From: an uncultured Gemmatimonadales bacterium
Lineage (GTDB): Bacteria; Gemmatimonadota; Gemmatimonadetes; Gemmatimonadales; GWC2-71-9
Assembly: GCA_963795085.1 (NCBI GenBank)
Contig: CAWCFX010000003.1
Coordinates: forward strand, 64,001 to 128,000
Reading direction: 5' to 3'
DNA: 64,000 bases
Position numbers and translations under genes: made by a program. Shown in pieces: positions 9,215 to 19,011 of this stretch; positions within the stretch are counted from its first letter, which is position 1, and every line of letters starts with the position of its first letter. A model generated the notes under the pieces. It was given only the letters and a program-made list of their open reading frames with translations, ran no database searches and was not told the origin of the DNA.

Positions 9215-10380
9215 CAGTCCATCTGCCTCCGGATGAAGGTCGGGATTTCCATGTCAGGCACGTCGCTCGCCGGGTTGACCGCCTTCTTGGGAACATCCGG
9301 CTTGGGCTCCGGGCGCGGCTCCCGCGCGGCCGCGGCCAGCGGGGGCGGCGTCGCCCGCTTGGAGGGGAACGCGAGCACCCCGGGAGCGCTGGGCTGGATC
9401 TGCCGCGGATCCCCGGTGACCGCGCGGTCGAATCCGGTCGCTATGACGGTGACGCGCACTTCGCCGTGCATCGCCGGGTCGGACGCGGCGCCGAAGATGA
9501 TCTCGGCCTCGTCGCCGGCGGCGTCGTGGATGATCTCGCTGATCTGGGTGGTCTCGCCCAGGGTCAGGTCTTCGCCGCCCACGATGTTGATCAGCACCCC
9601 GGTCGCGCCCGAGATGGAGACGTTGTCGAGGAGCGGGCTGGAGATGGCCTGCTGGGCCGCTTCCATGGCCCGGTTCTCGCCCCGGCCGATACCGGTCCCC
9701 ATCAGCGCCGCCCCGCCGTTCTGCATGACGGTGCGGACGTCGGCGAAGTCCACGTTGATGATGCCGGTGCGGGTGATCAGGCCGGCGATGCCCTGGGTGG
9801 CGTGGAGCAGGACTTCGTCGGCCTTCTTGAGCGCGTCCTGAAAGGGAATCCCCTTTCCCACCACCGCCAGCAGCCGCTCGTTGGGCACCACGATCATGGT
9901 GTCCACGTTCTTCCGCATTTCGGCGATGCCCATTTCGGCCTGGCGCATCCGCTTGCGGCCTTCGAAGAGGAACGGCTTGGTGACGATGCCAACCGTGAGG
10001 GCGCCACCTTCGCGGGCCATCTGGGCAATCAGCGGCGCCGCTCCGGTCCCGGTGCCGCCGCCCATGCCGCAGGTGACGAAAACCAGGTCGGCATTCTGGA
10101 TCGAGCCGGCCACCTCGTCCCGGTTCTCCTCGATGGCCTGGCGTCCGATCTCCGGCCGCGCCCCCGCGCCTAGTCCGCGGGTCAGCTTCCGGCCGATCTG
10201 GACCTTGACATCCGACTTGCTCGAGAGCAGCGCCTGGCTGTCGGTATTCACCGAGATGAACTCGACACCCTGCAGCTGCTCGTCGATCATCCGGTTTACC
10301 GCGTTGCCCCCACCCCCGCCCACACCCACGACCTTCATGCGGGCGTTTTGCGCCGTGTTCTCTTCGAGCTCGAAGATCAT
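9214..10380 (-). CDS. ftsZ: Cell division protein FtsZ
   Basis: [28 protein letters not shown]-terminal [11 protein letters not shown]. Confidence 0.99.
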   Translation of the reverse strand: MIFELEENTAQNARMKVVGVGGGGGNAVNRMIDEQLQGVEFISVNTDSQALLSSKSDVKVQIGRKLTRGLGAGARPEIGRQAIEENRDEVAGSIQNADLVFVTCGMGGGTGTGAAPLIAQMAREGGALTVGIVTKPFLFEGRKRMRQAEMGIAEMRKNVDTMIVVPNERLLAVVGKGIPFQDALKKADEVLLHATQGIAGLITRTGIINVDFADVRTVMQNGGAALMGTGIGRGENRAMEAAQQAISSPLLDNVSISGATGVLINIVGGEDLTLGETTQISEIIHDAAGDEAEIIFGAASDPAMHGEVRVTVIATGFDRAVTGDPRQIQPSAPGVLAFPSKRATPPPLAAAAREPRPEPKPDVPKKAVNPASDVPDMEIPTFIRRQMD

Positions 10381-10414
10381 GGAATCACCTCAGTCGACTG
10401 GCGGAAGGGTAAAC

Positions 10415-10435
10415 ACACTCTGCACTCTGCACTCT
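10415..10435 (-). repeat. Three copies of the AGAGTGC heptamer directly after the ftsA stop
   Basis: + strand acactct gcactct gcactct; same unit as arrays at 49110 and 55468. Confidence 0.7.
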
Positions 10436-11684
10436 AGAAGAAGTCCTGTAACCACCGCTTCACCGGCCCCAGCACTTTCTCCATGTTCTGGGACCGGCGG
10501 CCCCCGGTGCCGAACCCGGACAGCGCGGCTTGCCGGGCCCCGTAAAGCAGCAAGCCCGCCGACACCGCCATCCGGGGCGAGTCCACGCTGTCGGCCAGGC
10601 CGCTCAGCCCCTGGCCCGGCTTGCCGACCCGGGCCGGCATCGCGAAGACGTCCCGGGCCAGCTCGACAATCCCCGGCGCCAGGGCCCCGCCACCGGTCAG
10701 GACTACCCCGGCGGGCAGCCGCTGGTGGAACCCGGCCCGGGTCATTTCGTCCCGGGCGAATTCGAGGACTTCCTGCAGCCGCATGTGCATAATATGCGCA
10801 AGCACTCGCCGCTCCGCGTTCCGGGGTCCCTGGCCCGGCGTGCTGGGCAGCCCGATGATATCGCTGTCCGGGACCAGCGGCTCGTAGGCCGCCCCGAACC
10901 GCTCCTTCAGTTTTTCGGCATCCTGCTGGGTAACCTGAAGCCCGTGGACGATGTCCCCGGTCACGTGGCCCCCGGCGCAGAGCAGCGATCCGGTGTGCCG
11001 GATCTTGCCGCCCTGGAAGATCGCGACGTTGGTGGACCCGCCGCCCAGCTCGACCAGGGCGCACCCCAATTCCAGTTCGTCCGGCGTCAGGGTGGCCAGG
11101 GATGCCGCCAGCGGCTCCAGCACGAACTCCGCGACGTTGAACCCGGCCCGCTCGACGCACTTCTTCAGGTTGAGCAGCACGCTGCTGAGCACGGTGACCA
11201 GGTACACCTCGGCCTCCAGCCGCGAGCCGGTCATGCCGATGGGCTCGCTGATCCCGGGCTGCTGGTCGATAAGATAATCCTGCGGAATCGCGTGCAGCAG
11301 TTCATGGTCCCGGCCGAACGACACGTTGCTGGCCATGTCGTTCACCCGGGCCACGTCCCCGGTGCGGATCTCCTCGCCCGTCACCGACACCATGCCATGG
11401 GAACTGCGCCCCGCCACGTGTTCGCCCGCGATGCCGCAGTAGGCGGCGCCCACTTCCACGCCCGCCATGCGCTGGGCGTCCTTCATCGCCTTGGCGATGG
11501 CGCGGGTGGTCTCCTCGATGTCGCGGACCACGCCCCGCCGGATGCCGCTGCTCCGCTCGACCCCCACGCCCAGTATCCGGGCTACCGGCGCCCGGACGTC
11601 GCCGGATACCTCGGCGATGGTCGCCGCCACCTTGCTGGTGCCCAGGTCGAGGGCGGCGACCAGCCGCTGCACGGGCGGCGTCAT
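10434..11684 (-). CDS. ftsA: Cell division protein FtsA
   Basis: ALDLGTSK, EPLAAS, ELGGGST, VLTGGGA, amphipathic C-terminus KRWLQDFF. Confidence 0.98.
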   Translation of the reverse strand: MTPPVQRLVAALDLGTSKVAATIAEVSGDVRAPVARILGVGVERSSGIRRGVVRDIEETTRAIAKAMKDAQRMAGVEVGAAYCGIAGEHVAGRSSHGMVSVTGEEIRTGDVARVNDMASNVSFGRDHELLHAIPQDYLIDQQPGISEPIGMTGSRLEAEVYLVTVLSSVLLNLKKCVERAGFNVAEFVLEPLAASLATLTPDELELGCALVELGGGSTNVAIFQGGKIRHTGSLLCAGGHVTGDIVHGLQVTQQDAEKLKERFGAAYEPLVPDSDIIGLPSTPGQGPRNAERRVLAHIMHMRLQEVLEFARDEMTRAGFHQRLPAGVVLTGGGALAPGIVELARDVFAMPARVGKPGQGLSGLADSVDSPRMAVSAGLLLYGARQAALSGFGTGGRRSQNMEKVLGPVKRWLQDFF

Positions 11685-12373
11685 CCCCGCCTCCGCCGCA
11701 CCACGACGACCTGGTCCGCAAAGCGCCCGTCCAGCTCGGCATAGCTCTGGTTCTTCCGGGCGAGGTCCGCCGCCACCGCTGTCACTGCCAGGATCGCCTC
11801 CGCTGATGCATCGGGTCGGAACCAGTACCGCAGGGAATCCACTTCGAGGACGACGTCCCTCCGCGACCGGGACGCGAGGTTGATCCGGGCGAACAAGCCG
11901 GGATCCACCGCCAGCACCTGGGCCAGCAACCCGGCCACCGCGGAATCACGCTTCGCCATGATCGGCAGGTCGGGCGCCGCCAGCGCCGGGTCAAAGGGCA
12001 GCGCCCGGCCGTGCTCATCCACCAGGTTCAGGCCGCCCTCCCCCGGGGCCAGCGCCACCGGCCGAGCCTCTTCGATGTCCACCCGCAGGGTACCGGGAAT
12101 CCGCCGGGACACCGAGACCTTCCGCACGCCGGGCACCGATCCCAGCCGCTCGGCGACGCCGTCCAGCCCGTCGAAGATGCTCGCGCTGTCCCCCAGCCGG
12201 ATGGCGGGGACCAGCCGGTCCGGGGTCAGGTAGGTCGTGCCGTGGAACTCGACCCGACGCAACCGGAAGAAGTCGAGATCCCGGGCCAGCGGGGGTAACC
12301 CGAACCAGAGGCCGGCGGCCACTGCCGCCGCGGCCAGCACCCGCCACCCCGGCTTCAGCCGGCGACGAGCCAC
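11681..12373 (-). CDS. ftsQ: Cell division protein FtsQ/DivIB
   Basis: TM then POTRA (VSRRIPGTLRVDIEE), C-terminal ELDGRFADQVVV; position between murC and ftsA; GTG start 12373. Confidence 0.88.
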   Translation of the reverse strand: MARRRLKPGWRVLAAAAVAAGLWFGLPPLARDLDFFRLRRVEFHGTTYLTPDRLVPAIRLGDSASIFDGLDGVAERLGSVPGVRKVSVSRRIPGTLRVDIEEARPVALAPGEGGLNLVDEHGRALPFDPALAAPDLPIMAKRDSAVAGLLAQVLAVDPGLFARINLASRSRRDVVLEVDSLRYWFRPDASAEAILAVTAVAADLARKNQSYAELDGRFADQVVVVRRRRG

Positions 12374-13725
12374 TCCGCCAGTTCCCTTCCGACCCGGGTA
12401 ATGTCCCCGGCACCCAGCGTCAGCACCACGTCGCCTGGTTCGATCGCGTCCAGGACCGCCCGGCCCAGGTTTTCCCGCGCCGGCTCGAACACCGCCTCGG
12501 CGCCGGCCGCCCGTGCCGCATCGGCGACCTGCCGCCCGCTGACCCCGGCGACCGGCGTTTCCCGGGCCCCATAGATCTCGGAGACGATCACCAGGTCGGC
12601 AGCGGCCAGCGCCCGACCCATATCCGCGCCGTGGGCTACGGTCCGGGAGTAAAGATGCGGCTGGAAGACCGCGACCAGCCGGCGGCCCGGATAGGCCTGT
12701 CGAGCCGCCGAAAGCGTGGCGGCCAGCTCGGAATGGTGGTGGGCGTAATCGTCCACCAGGGCCACCCCCCCGAACTCGCCCAGCCGCTCGAACCGCCGTC
12801 CCAGCCCGCCATAGACGGCGAGGGCACCCAGCGCGGCCTCGAGGTCCGCCTTCATGGCCCACACCACGCTCAGGGCGCCCGCCGCATTGCGCAGATTGTG
12901 GAGCCCGGGAACCGCCAGCCGGAGGCCGACCGTACGGCCATCCGGAAACCGCACCCGGGCCCGCGACCCGGAAGGTCGCTGTTCGATCTCTTCCAGCGCG
13001 ATCGCTGCGTCGCCGGTGCCGAACCAGAAATGACGGTTGGATAACCGGTTTCCCACCCGTCGAGCCCCGGCATCATCGGCACCCAGGAATGCCACCTCGG
13101 CCCGCCCGGCAAACTCGACAAAGGCATCTTCCAGTGCCTGGACCGACCCGTAACACTCCAGGTGATCCGCCTCGACGTTGTTGACGACGGCGTAGGTCGG
13201 TCGCAGTGTCAGGAATGCCTGGTCGTATTCATCGGCTTCCACGACGAAGATCCGGTCCCCCGCCAGCTTCGCGTTGCCACCCCACTCGGCCACCCGGCCC
13301 CCGGCTAACCCGGTGGGTTCCAGGCCCGCCGCCGTGAGTGCCAGGGTCGTCATTACGGTTGTGGTCGTCTTGCCGTGGGTGCCGGCCAGCGCCACCGTGG
13401 TCCCGCCGGCGATCAGCTGCGCCAGCGCCTCCTTGCGAGGGATCACCGGGACGCCGGCCCCCCGGGCCGCGACCAGTTCGGGATGATCCGCCGGCACCGC
13501 GGCGGTCACCACGAGCGCTCGAGCCCCGGTGACATGGGCCGGATCGTGCCCCTGGATCACCGTTGCCCCCGCCGCGGCGACGTCCCCGGTGCCGCTCAGG
13601 TCGCCATCGCACCCGCTTACCAGAACACCTCGGCGACGCGCGACAAGCGCCAGAGCGCTCATACCCGCACCGCCGATTCCCATGAAGTGGACAGGTCGGG
13701 AATCCGAGGGGTCGAAAAGATCCAT
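12355..13725 (-). CDS. murC: UDP-N-acetylmuramate--L-alanine ligase
   Basis: HFMGIGGAGMSALA, AGTHGKTTT, VEADEYD, DDYAHH, FQPHLYSRT. Confidence 0.97.
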   Translation of the reverse strand: MDLFDPSDSRPVHFMGIGGAGMSALALVARRRGVLVSGCDGDLSGTGDVAAAGATVIQGHDPAHVTGARALVVTAAVPADHPELVAARGAGVPVIPRKEALAQLIAGGTTVALAGTHGKTTTTVMTTLALTAAGLEPTGLAGGRVAEWGGNAKLAGDRIFVVEADEYDQAFLTLRPTYAVVNNVEADHLECYGSVQALEDAFVEFAGRAEVAFLGADDAGARRVGNRLSNRHFWFGTGDAAIALEEIEQRPSGSRARVRFPDGRTVGLRLAVPGLHNLRNAAGALSVVWAMKADLEAALGALAVYGGLGRRFERLGEFGGVALVDDYAHHHSELAATLSAARQAYPGRRLVAVFQPHLYSRTVAHGADMGRALAAADLVIVSEIYGARETPVAGVSGRQVADAARAAGAEAVFEPARENLGRAVLDAIEPGDVVLTLGAGDITRVGRELAEWLVAG

Positions 13726-13813
13726 CGTTGGTGAGCTAATCTATAATCTTTTCACGAGTTGCGAAAGACAGCAGGATCGTGGAAATGTCGAAAGAATAGA
13801 CACTTGGGAGAAC

Positions 13814-14938
13814 TTACCTACCCCCATTTGGGCCGGATGACCCGGCAAGCAGGGCGAGGAGGTGCGCGACAATTTCGGCGGCTGCCAGGGGCCGGCCACG
13901 GGTCGACGCAGCCACGCTCATGGCCCGCCGCCGGACGGGGTCGGCCAGCAGCCCCTCGATAGCCTCCCCGAGTGAGCCCTCGGTCAGCTCTGACTGGGGG
14001 AGGTGGATCGCCGCCCCCGCCTCGGCCAGGGCGCGCGCATTGGAGGACTGGTGATCCGCCGCCGAGGTGGGAAGCGGAATCAGGATGCCGGGAAGCCCGT
14101 GAGCGCACATCTCCGCGATGGTGATGGCACCGCCCCTCGCCACGGCCAGGTCCCCCGCGGCCATGGCGTCCGACATCGGGTCCAGAAAATCGAAGACCTG
14201 CACCAGCGGAGGGCGGGCGTAGCCACGGAACTGGTCGTACGTCCCCCGGCCGGTCGCCCACAGGAGCGCGGTATCCCGGCCCCCGCCACCGTCGAGCCAG
14301 GCGGCAATCGCGCGATTGATGGCGAGCGCGCCCTGGCTGCCACCGGTTACGAGCACAACCGGGAGGCCTTGCGGAATCCCCAGGCGCGCCCGGGCGGCCT
14401 CGCGCCGGCCAGCGGCTGGAGGAACGATTGGATTGCCAGTATCGAACACCGTGGTGCGAGGACCCGGCTCGAGGTAGTGGCGGGCTTCCGGGAGCCCGAG
14501 GTAGACATGATCCACCCGGCGGGCGAGCCAGCGGGTGGCAAGGCCGGGAAAGGCGTTCTGCTCCTGGATAGCGGTGGGAATGCCGCGCCGGTGGGCCAAC
14601 CATACCAACGGCCCGGAGGCGTACCCGCCGGTCCCCACCACCAGCATCGGCTGTTCCTGGTGGAGCAGCGTCCGCATCTGGCCCATGAGCCGCGCCGCGA
14701 TGAACGGCCAGCGGATGTTCTTCCACCATTGTCGCCGATAGATCGGCTCGGCCGCCAGCAGGTGATAGCGGTAGGGACGGGCCGGCAGGAGGTGGCTTTC
14801 GACACCCCGGGTCGCGCCGACCAGGACGGGCTCGAGATCGGGCCGCGCCTCTCGCAGAGCGCTGGCGATCGCCAGAGCGGGCATGAGGTGGCCGCCAGTG
14901 CCACCCCCCGTAACGATGACTCGCCCAGGCCTGCTCAC
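13814..14938 (-). CDS. murG: Lipid II GlcNAc transferase
   Basis: GGGTGGHLMPA, GTGGYASGP, QEQNAFPG, TGNP, GGSQGA, DHQSSNA; GTG start at 14938 or 14965. Confidence 0.97.
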   Translation of the reverse strand: MSRPGRVIVTGGGTGGHLMPALAIASALREARPDLEPVLVGATRGVESHLLPARPYRYHLLAAEPIYRRQWWKNIRWPFIAARLMGQMRTLLHQEQPMLVVGTGGYASGPLVWLAHRRGIPTAIQEQNAFPGLATRWLARRVDHVYLGLPEARHYLEPGPRTTVFDTGNPIVPPAAGRREAARARLGIPQGLPVVLVTGGSQGALAINRAIAAWLDGGGGRDTALLWATGRGTYDQFRGYARPPLVQVFDFLDPMSDAMAAGDLAVARGGAITIAEMCAHGLPGILIPLPTSAADHQSSNARALAEAGAAIHLPQSELTEGSLGEAIEGLLADPVRRRAMSVAASTRGRPLAAAEIVAHLLALLAGSSGPNGGR

Positions 14939-15112
14939 TGGCAGACCTGGACGAGCCCGAACCACGTTGGAATGCGCTGCGGAAGAATGATTACGCTCGG
15001 GTGAATCGGGTTATCTCCTCGCTTTCACTTTCCGCGAAATTCCCCGTAAGGGGGGGCGGAGGCCGTGGGCCGGCGACGGAGCCACGAAGCCGAGCCTTCT
15101 GCCTTCTCTCCC

Positions 15113-15152
15113 CCTGTCGTGCCCCCGTGCCCCCTTGCCGCCTTGCCCCCTT
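15113..15152 (-). repeat. Degenerate 8-bp tandem repeat (AAGGGGGC type) directly after the LVIVD gene stop
   Basis: + strand gcccccgt gccccctt gccgcctt gccccctt; the same AAGGGGGC octamer follows the stop at 548-550. Confidence 0.6.
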
Positions 15153-17164
15153 TAGTTGGGCGTCAGCGTGTAGCTGGGGGCGTTGGCGAGGTCGGTGACC
15201 GCCTTCGTCAGCATCCTCACCTTGGCCTGGTCGCGGGCACTATTCGTTTCGTTCTGGACCCGGGCGGCCAACTGGGTCAGCGCGTTCTTGCGGGCGTCGC
15301 CGGAGAGGCGTTCCGCCCGGCCCAGTTCCTCCCGGATCGAGGCGATCCGGCCCTTGTCCATCCCGTTGGACCGCTCCAGCTGGTCGAGATAGGCACCCAC
15401 CAGCGCGGTCGAGGGCGGCCAGGTGTACTGCGGCTGCCCCTGGGTGTTGAAGTACGCCAGGCGCACCGACTTGGCCGCATCGATCTCGTTCTGGGACAGC
15501 AGCGGGCTCGGCGTCAGGTCGAGAATATCCAGGCCCCGGGCAATCTCCGAGCTGTAGATATTGCCATTGTACCAGTAGGCCGACCACGACCCCGCGCTGC
15601 CCAGCCGGGTCGAATCCACCGGGCCCCGGTCGAAGAACGCAATCTCCTTCGGATGGGCGGCATCGGTGAAGTCGAAGACCGAGATCCCGCCCTGGTACCA
15701 GGCCTGCACCATGATGTCGCGGCCCGGCACGGGAATCAGCGACCCGTTGTGGGCCACGCAGTTCTCGTTGGAGGTCTGCGCCGCCGGCATCTTGTAGTAA
15801 CTCTGGAACTCCATCTTCTTGTTCGCGTTCAGCGTGAAGATGGCGTTGGCGCCCCATTCCGGCCGGTCGGTGGCCCGGCACTTGGGCCCGCCGCCCCCGC
15901 CCCATTCGTCGGAGAAGAGGATCTTGCTGCCGTCGTTGTTGAAGGTGGCCGAGTGCCAGTAGGAGAAATTGGAATCCGCCACGGCATCGATCCGGCGAGG
16001 ATTGGTCACGTCGCTGATATCCAGCAGAAGCCCGTATCCGCCGCATGCGCCACCCGCCAGGCCCAGCGCGGGGTACACCGTAATATCGTGGCACTGGTTG
16101 GGACCGGGACGCGGTGCGTTGGGGTCGCCAGCCGGCTGGCCGCCTACCAGGACCGCGATAATTCCCGGCATTGCCGTCCGAAGCGCCGCGCTGTCGGCCG
16201 CAGTTGGGGCACCGGTGCCGTTGCGGGCCTTGACCACGCTGTCCAGCATGGGCCGGACGAAACCATCGGGCAGGACGATCTCATTGCCCTGAATGGTGGC
16301 GGTATAGCCGCCCCGCGCGCGCGCTGCCTCAGCTCTCGCTTTCGCCTCGGCGACGTCCTGGGGAGCTTCCCCGTGGGTGGGCGGAGCGACCAGGTTCTCG
16401 AAGATCCGGGGAGAATTCGCGATATGCGCGCGGGTGGGATCGGCCAGCGGCACCTGGATGACCTCGATCCGGAACAGGGAAGAGTTGGGATCCTTATCCG
16501 GCGCCATCCGGGAGCAGCCCGGCATCTCGGAGGGCGACCGCACGTTCGCGGAGCCGCTCACGTAGATGTAGACGTTGTCCCTGTCCTTCGGGTCTTCTAC
16601 GACCGTGTGAGTATGCGAGCCCCGGCAGGTCTGCACGTTGGCGACATACTTCGGGTTCGCGATATCGGTGATGTCAAAAATCCGGATGCCGCGCAGCCGG
16701 TCCGGGCTCACCGAGTCCTGCACCCCCTGGACGCCGCAGTCCACCCGTCCGCCCATGCCCTCGCCGGACACGAACAGCAGGTTCTTATATACCGACACGT
16801 CGCTCTGCGACGCCGGACAGAGGTACTCGGTCTTCAAGGTCGGTTGGGCGGGATTACTGATATCCCAGACCTGGAAACCGTTGTAGTTCCCCTGGATCGC
16901 GTACTGGCCGGTAAAGGCCAGGTCGGAGTTGGTGACGCCCTTGAACTTGGGCGCCGCTGGCGTGTTGGCGACCACCCGCATGTTCCAGGTCGCCTCCTCG
17001 GCGTCGGTCAGCCCGGCTCGGAGGCCAACCCGCGGGTCCGGCGAAGGGGCCGCCGTTGCCCCGGTGTTCACCGAGCCGGCGGAGGAGCATCCCAGCGCCC
17101 CGGCCAGCCCAAGCAGGAGCGCGGCGGAAAAGCTGGAGCGGATTCGTGACGTCTGTGTCTTCAT
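15152..17164 (-). CDS. LVIVD-repeat beta-propeller lipoprotein
   Basis: Lipobox ALGC; repeated FQVWDISNPAQP / IRIFDITDIANP / LLLDISDVTNP / SVFDFTDAAHP units. Confidence 0.8.
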   Translation of the reverse strand: MKTQTSRIRSSFSAALLLGLAGALGCSSAGSVNTGATAAPSPDPRVGLRAGLTDAEEATWNMRVVANTPAAPKFKGVTNSDLAFTGQYAIQGNYNGFQVWDISNPAQPTLKTEYLCPASQSDVSVYKNLLFVSGEGMGGRVDCGVQGVQDSVSPDRLRGIRIFDITDIANPKYVANVQTCRGSHTHTVVEDPKDRDNVYIYVSGSANVRSPSEMPGCSRMAPDKDPNSSLFRIEVIQVPLADPTRAHIANSPRIFENLVAPPTHGEAPQDVAEAKARAEAARARGGYTATIQGNEIVLPDGFVRPMLDSVVKARNGTGAPTAADSAALRTAMPGIIAVLVGGQPAGDPNAPRPGPNQCHDITVYPALGLAGGACGGYGLLLDISDVTNPRRIDAVADSNFSYWHSATFNNDGSKILFSDEWGGGGGPKCRATDRPEWGANAIFTLNANKKMEFQSYYKMPAAQTSNENCVAHNGSLIPVPGRDIMVQAWYQGGISVFDFTDAAHPKEIAFFDRGPVDSTRLGSAGSWSAYWYNGNIYSSEIARGLDILDLTPSPLLSQNEIDAAKSVRLAYFNTQGQPQYTWPPSTALVGAYLDQLERSNGMDKGRIASIREELGRAERLSGDARKNALTQLAARVQNETNSARDQAKVRMLTKAVTDLANAPSYTLTPN

Positions 17165-17769
17165 GGGGCAGGTTCTCCAGAAGGTAACGAAACGAGCATG
17201 CCTTTCAAGCGCTCGATTTCAGTGGTCTGTTCGGCATTCATGTCGGAGGCAAACTTGAAGACGAAATCGTCCTGCGCCGCCCCCGGCGCGGCAAGCAACT
17301 CCCGCACCATGGCGAGGGCGCCTTCGTGGTGCTGGATCATATAGGTCAGGAACAGCCGGTCGAACTCGGTACCCCGTGCAGCATCCAGCCGGGCGAGCTG
17401 GTCGGCCGAGAGCATCCCCGGCATGTGCATGGAGTGGTCCATCGGGTGCGCGGCATCCGGCACCGGCTTGCCCCGTTCGGTGAGCCACTGAGTCATCAAC
17501 GTGATGTCGTCGGTCTGCCCCACCACAATGCGCTCGGTGAGGGTCCGGATCTGCCGGTTGGCCCCGTGGCTGGCCGCCCACCCGCTGATCAAGATAGCCT
17601 GGGTATGGTGCGGGATCATCCCCGTCAGGAAGTGGACATCCGCATCCGTATAGGCCTGCATCGGCCGAACCGGCCCCGCCGTCGCCGTCGAGGCCGGGGC
17701 ACATCCCTGCAGGAGGGCCACGGCCGCCCACGCAGCCAAGACGAACGAACGACGAAGAGGTTTCATCAT
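17161..17769 (-). CDS. DUF305 (CopM-like) His/Met-rich lipoprotein
   Basis: Lipobox LQGC; FLTGMIPHHTQA and FLTYMIQHHEGA paired HH motifs; MDHSMHMPGM. Confidence 0.88.
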   Translation of the reverse strand: MMKPLRRSFVLAAWAAVALLQGCAPASTATAGPVRPMQAYTDADVHFLTGMIPHHTQAILISGWAASHGANRQIRTLTERIVVGQTDDITLMTQWLTERGKPVPDAAHPMDHSMHMPGMLSADQLARLDAARGTEFDRLFLTYMIQHHEGALAMVRELLAAPGAAQDDFVFKFASDMNAEQTTEIERLKGMLVSLPSGEPAP

Positions 17770-17802
17770 GAGATCCCGGGTACGCTGGTGTCGGTTGTGT
17801 TA

Positions 17803-17808
17803 AGTATA
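17803..17808 (-). promoter_or_regulatory. -10 box for the DUF305-LVIVD cassette
   Basis: TATACT on minus strand in an AT-rich patch 33 nt upstream of ATG 17769; no clear -35. Confidence 0.4.
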
Positions 17809-17832
17809 ACGGGAAAGTGGCCTCCCGGGATT

Positions 17833-19011
17833 CTACGGGTTTCTCTCCGCGCCGCGCTTCCCCCCGCGGGCCGGGGCCGGCCGGCCCCGCTGCCTCCCGA
17901 TATTGATCAGGATGCCGGTCCCGACCATGGAGATCAGCAGGCTGCTCCGTCCATGGGACATGAACGGCAGCGTGAGGCCGGTGGTGGGCATCAGGCCCAT
18001 GGTCACCGCCATATGAAGGAAAGCGGAGACCCCGACCGCCGCCGTCAGCCCGACGGCGAGATACTGGCCGAAGGGATCGCTGGCGGTGCGGGCGATCCGG
18101 AACCCCATCCAGCAGAAGGTCGCGAAGAGCAGCACCACGACGCACACCCCCAGAAATCCCCATTCTTCCCCGATGGTGCTGAACAGGAAGTCTGAATAGG
18201 CGTAGGGAACGTAGCCCAGCTTCTGCTGCCCTTCCCCGAACCCCTGCCCCAGGATCCCGCCGCTGCCAAAGCCAATGATGGACTGGGCCAGCTGGAAGCC
18301 GGCTCCGGTGTCGGTGCTGCCGCCGTCCAGGAAGGCGGTAAACCGGCGAATCCGGTATTCCACGTCCGAGATCTGGTTGGCCACCAGGAGCACCGCCCCA
18401 AAGGCAAGCAGCAGGAAGTGCCCGATCTTGGCGCCGGCGGTAAACAGCACCAGCATGCCCAGCAGCCCCACCAGGGTCGCCATGGACAGGTTGGGCTGCA
18501 GGAGAATCAGGAGCGAGACGAAACCGATCACCAGCAGAAAGGGAAGTACGCCTTTCTTGAACTGGCGGACCTGCTCTCCCTTCTTGGCCGCCAGCATCGC
18601 GCACCAGATGACGATAACCAGGCGGGCCATCTCGCTGGGCTGAAAATTGACCGGCCCGATGTCCACCCAGCGCCGGGCCCCGTTGCGGAGCGGAGCGATA
18701 CCATGGGTGAAAGGCAGCAGGGGAATGACCAGAAAGACCAGGATGCCCAGGAGGAGCGGCCACGCCAGCCGCTGCCAGAGCCGGTAATCCAGCCGGGACA
18801 CGATCAGCAGCGCGACCCCGCCCACCGCCGCCCCGCTCAATTGGGACAGGGTGTACCCGAGGCCGATGTTCTCCCCCGAACTGCTGGAGAGGAGACTCGC
18901 CGCCCCGTACATGCTGGCGATACCGAACACGATCATGGTCGCCGTGACCACCGCGAGCAGCCGGGTTTCCCAGCGGAGTTCCCCCGGATGCAGAATGGCG
19001 GGGCCGCTCAC
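17833..19011 (-). CDS. ftsW: SEDS peptidoglycan glycosyltransferase FtsW
   Basis: NGARRW, FQPSE, LQPNL, GQGFGEGQQK, SDFLFSTIGEEWG, PTTGLTLPFMSHG. Confidence 0.96.
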   Translation of the reverse strand: MSGPAILHPGELRWETRLLAVVTATMIVFGIASMYGAASLLSSSSGENIGLGYTLSQLSGAAVGGVALLIVSRLDYRLWQRLAWPLLLGILVFLVIPLLPFTHGIAPLRNGARRWVDIGPVNFQPSEMARLVIVIWCAMLAAKKGEQVRQFKKGVLPFLLVIGFVSLLILLQPNLSMATLVGLLGMLVLFTAGAKIGHFLLLAFGAVLLVANQISDVEYRIRRFTAFLDGGSTDTGAGFQLAQSIIGFGSGGILGQGFGEGQQKLGYVPYAYSDFLFSTIGEEWGFLGVCVVVLLFATFCWMGFRIARTASDPFGQYLAVGLTAAVGVSAFLHMAVTMGLMPTTGLTLPFMSHGRSSLLISMVGTGILINIGRQRGRPAPARGGKRGAERNP

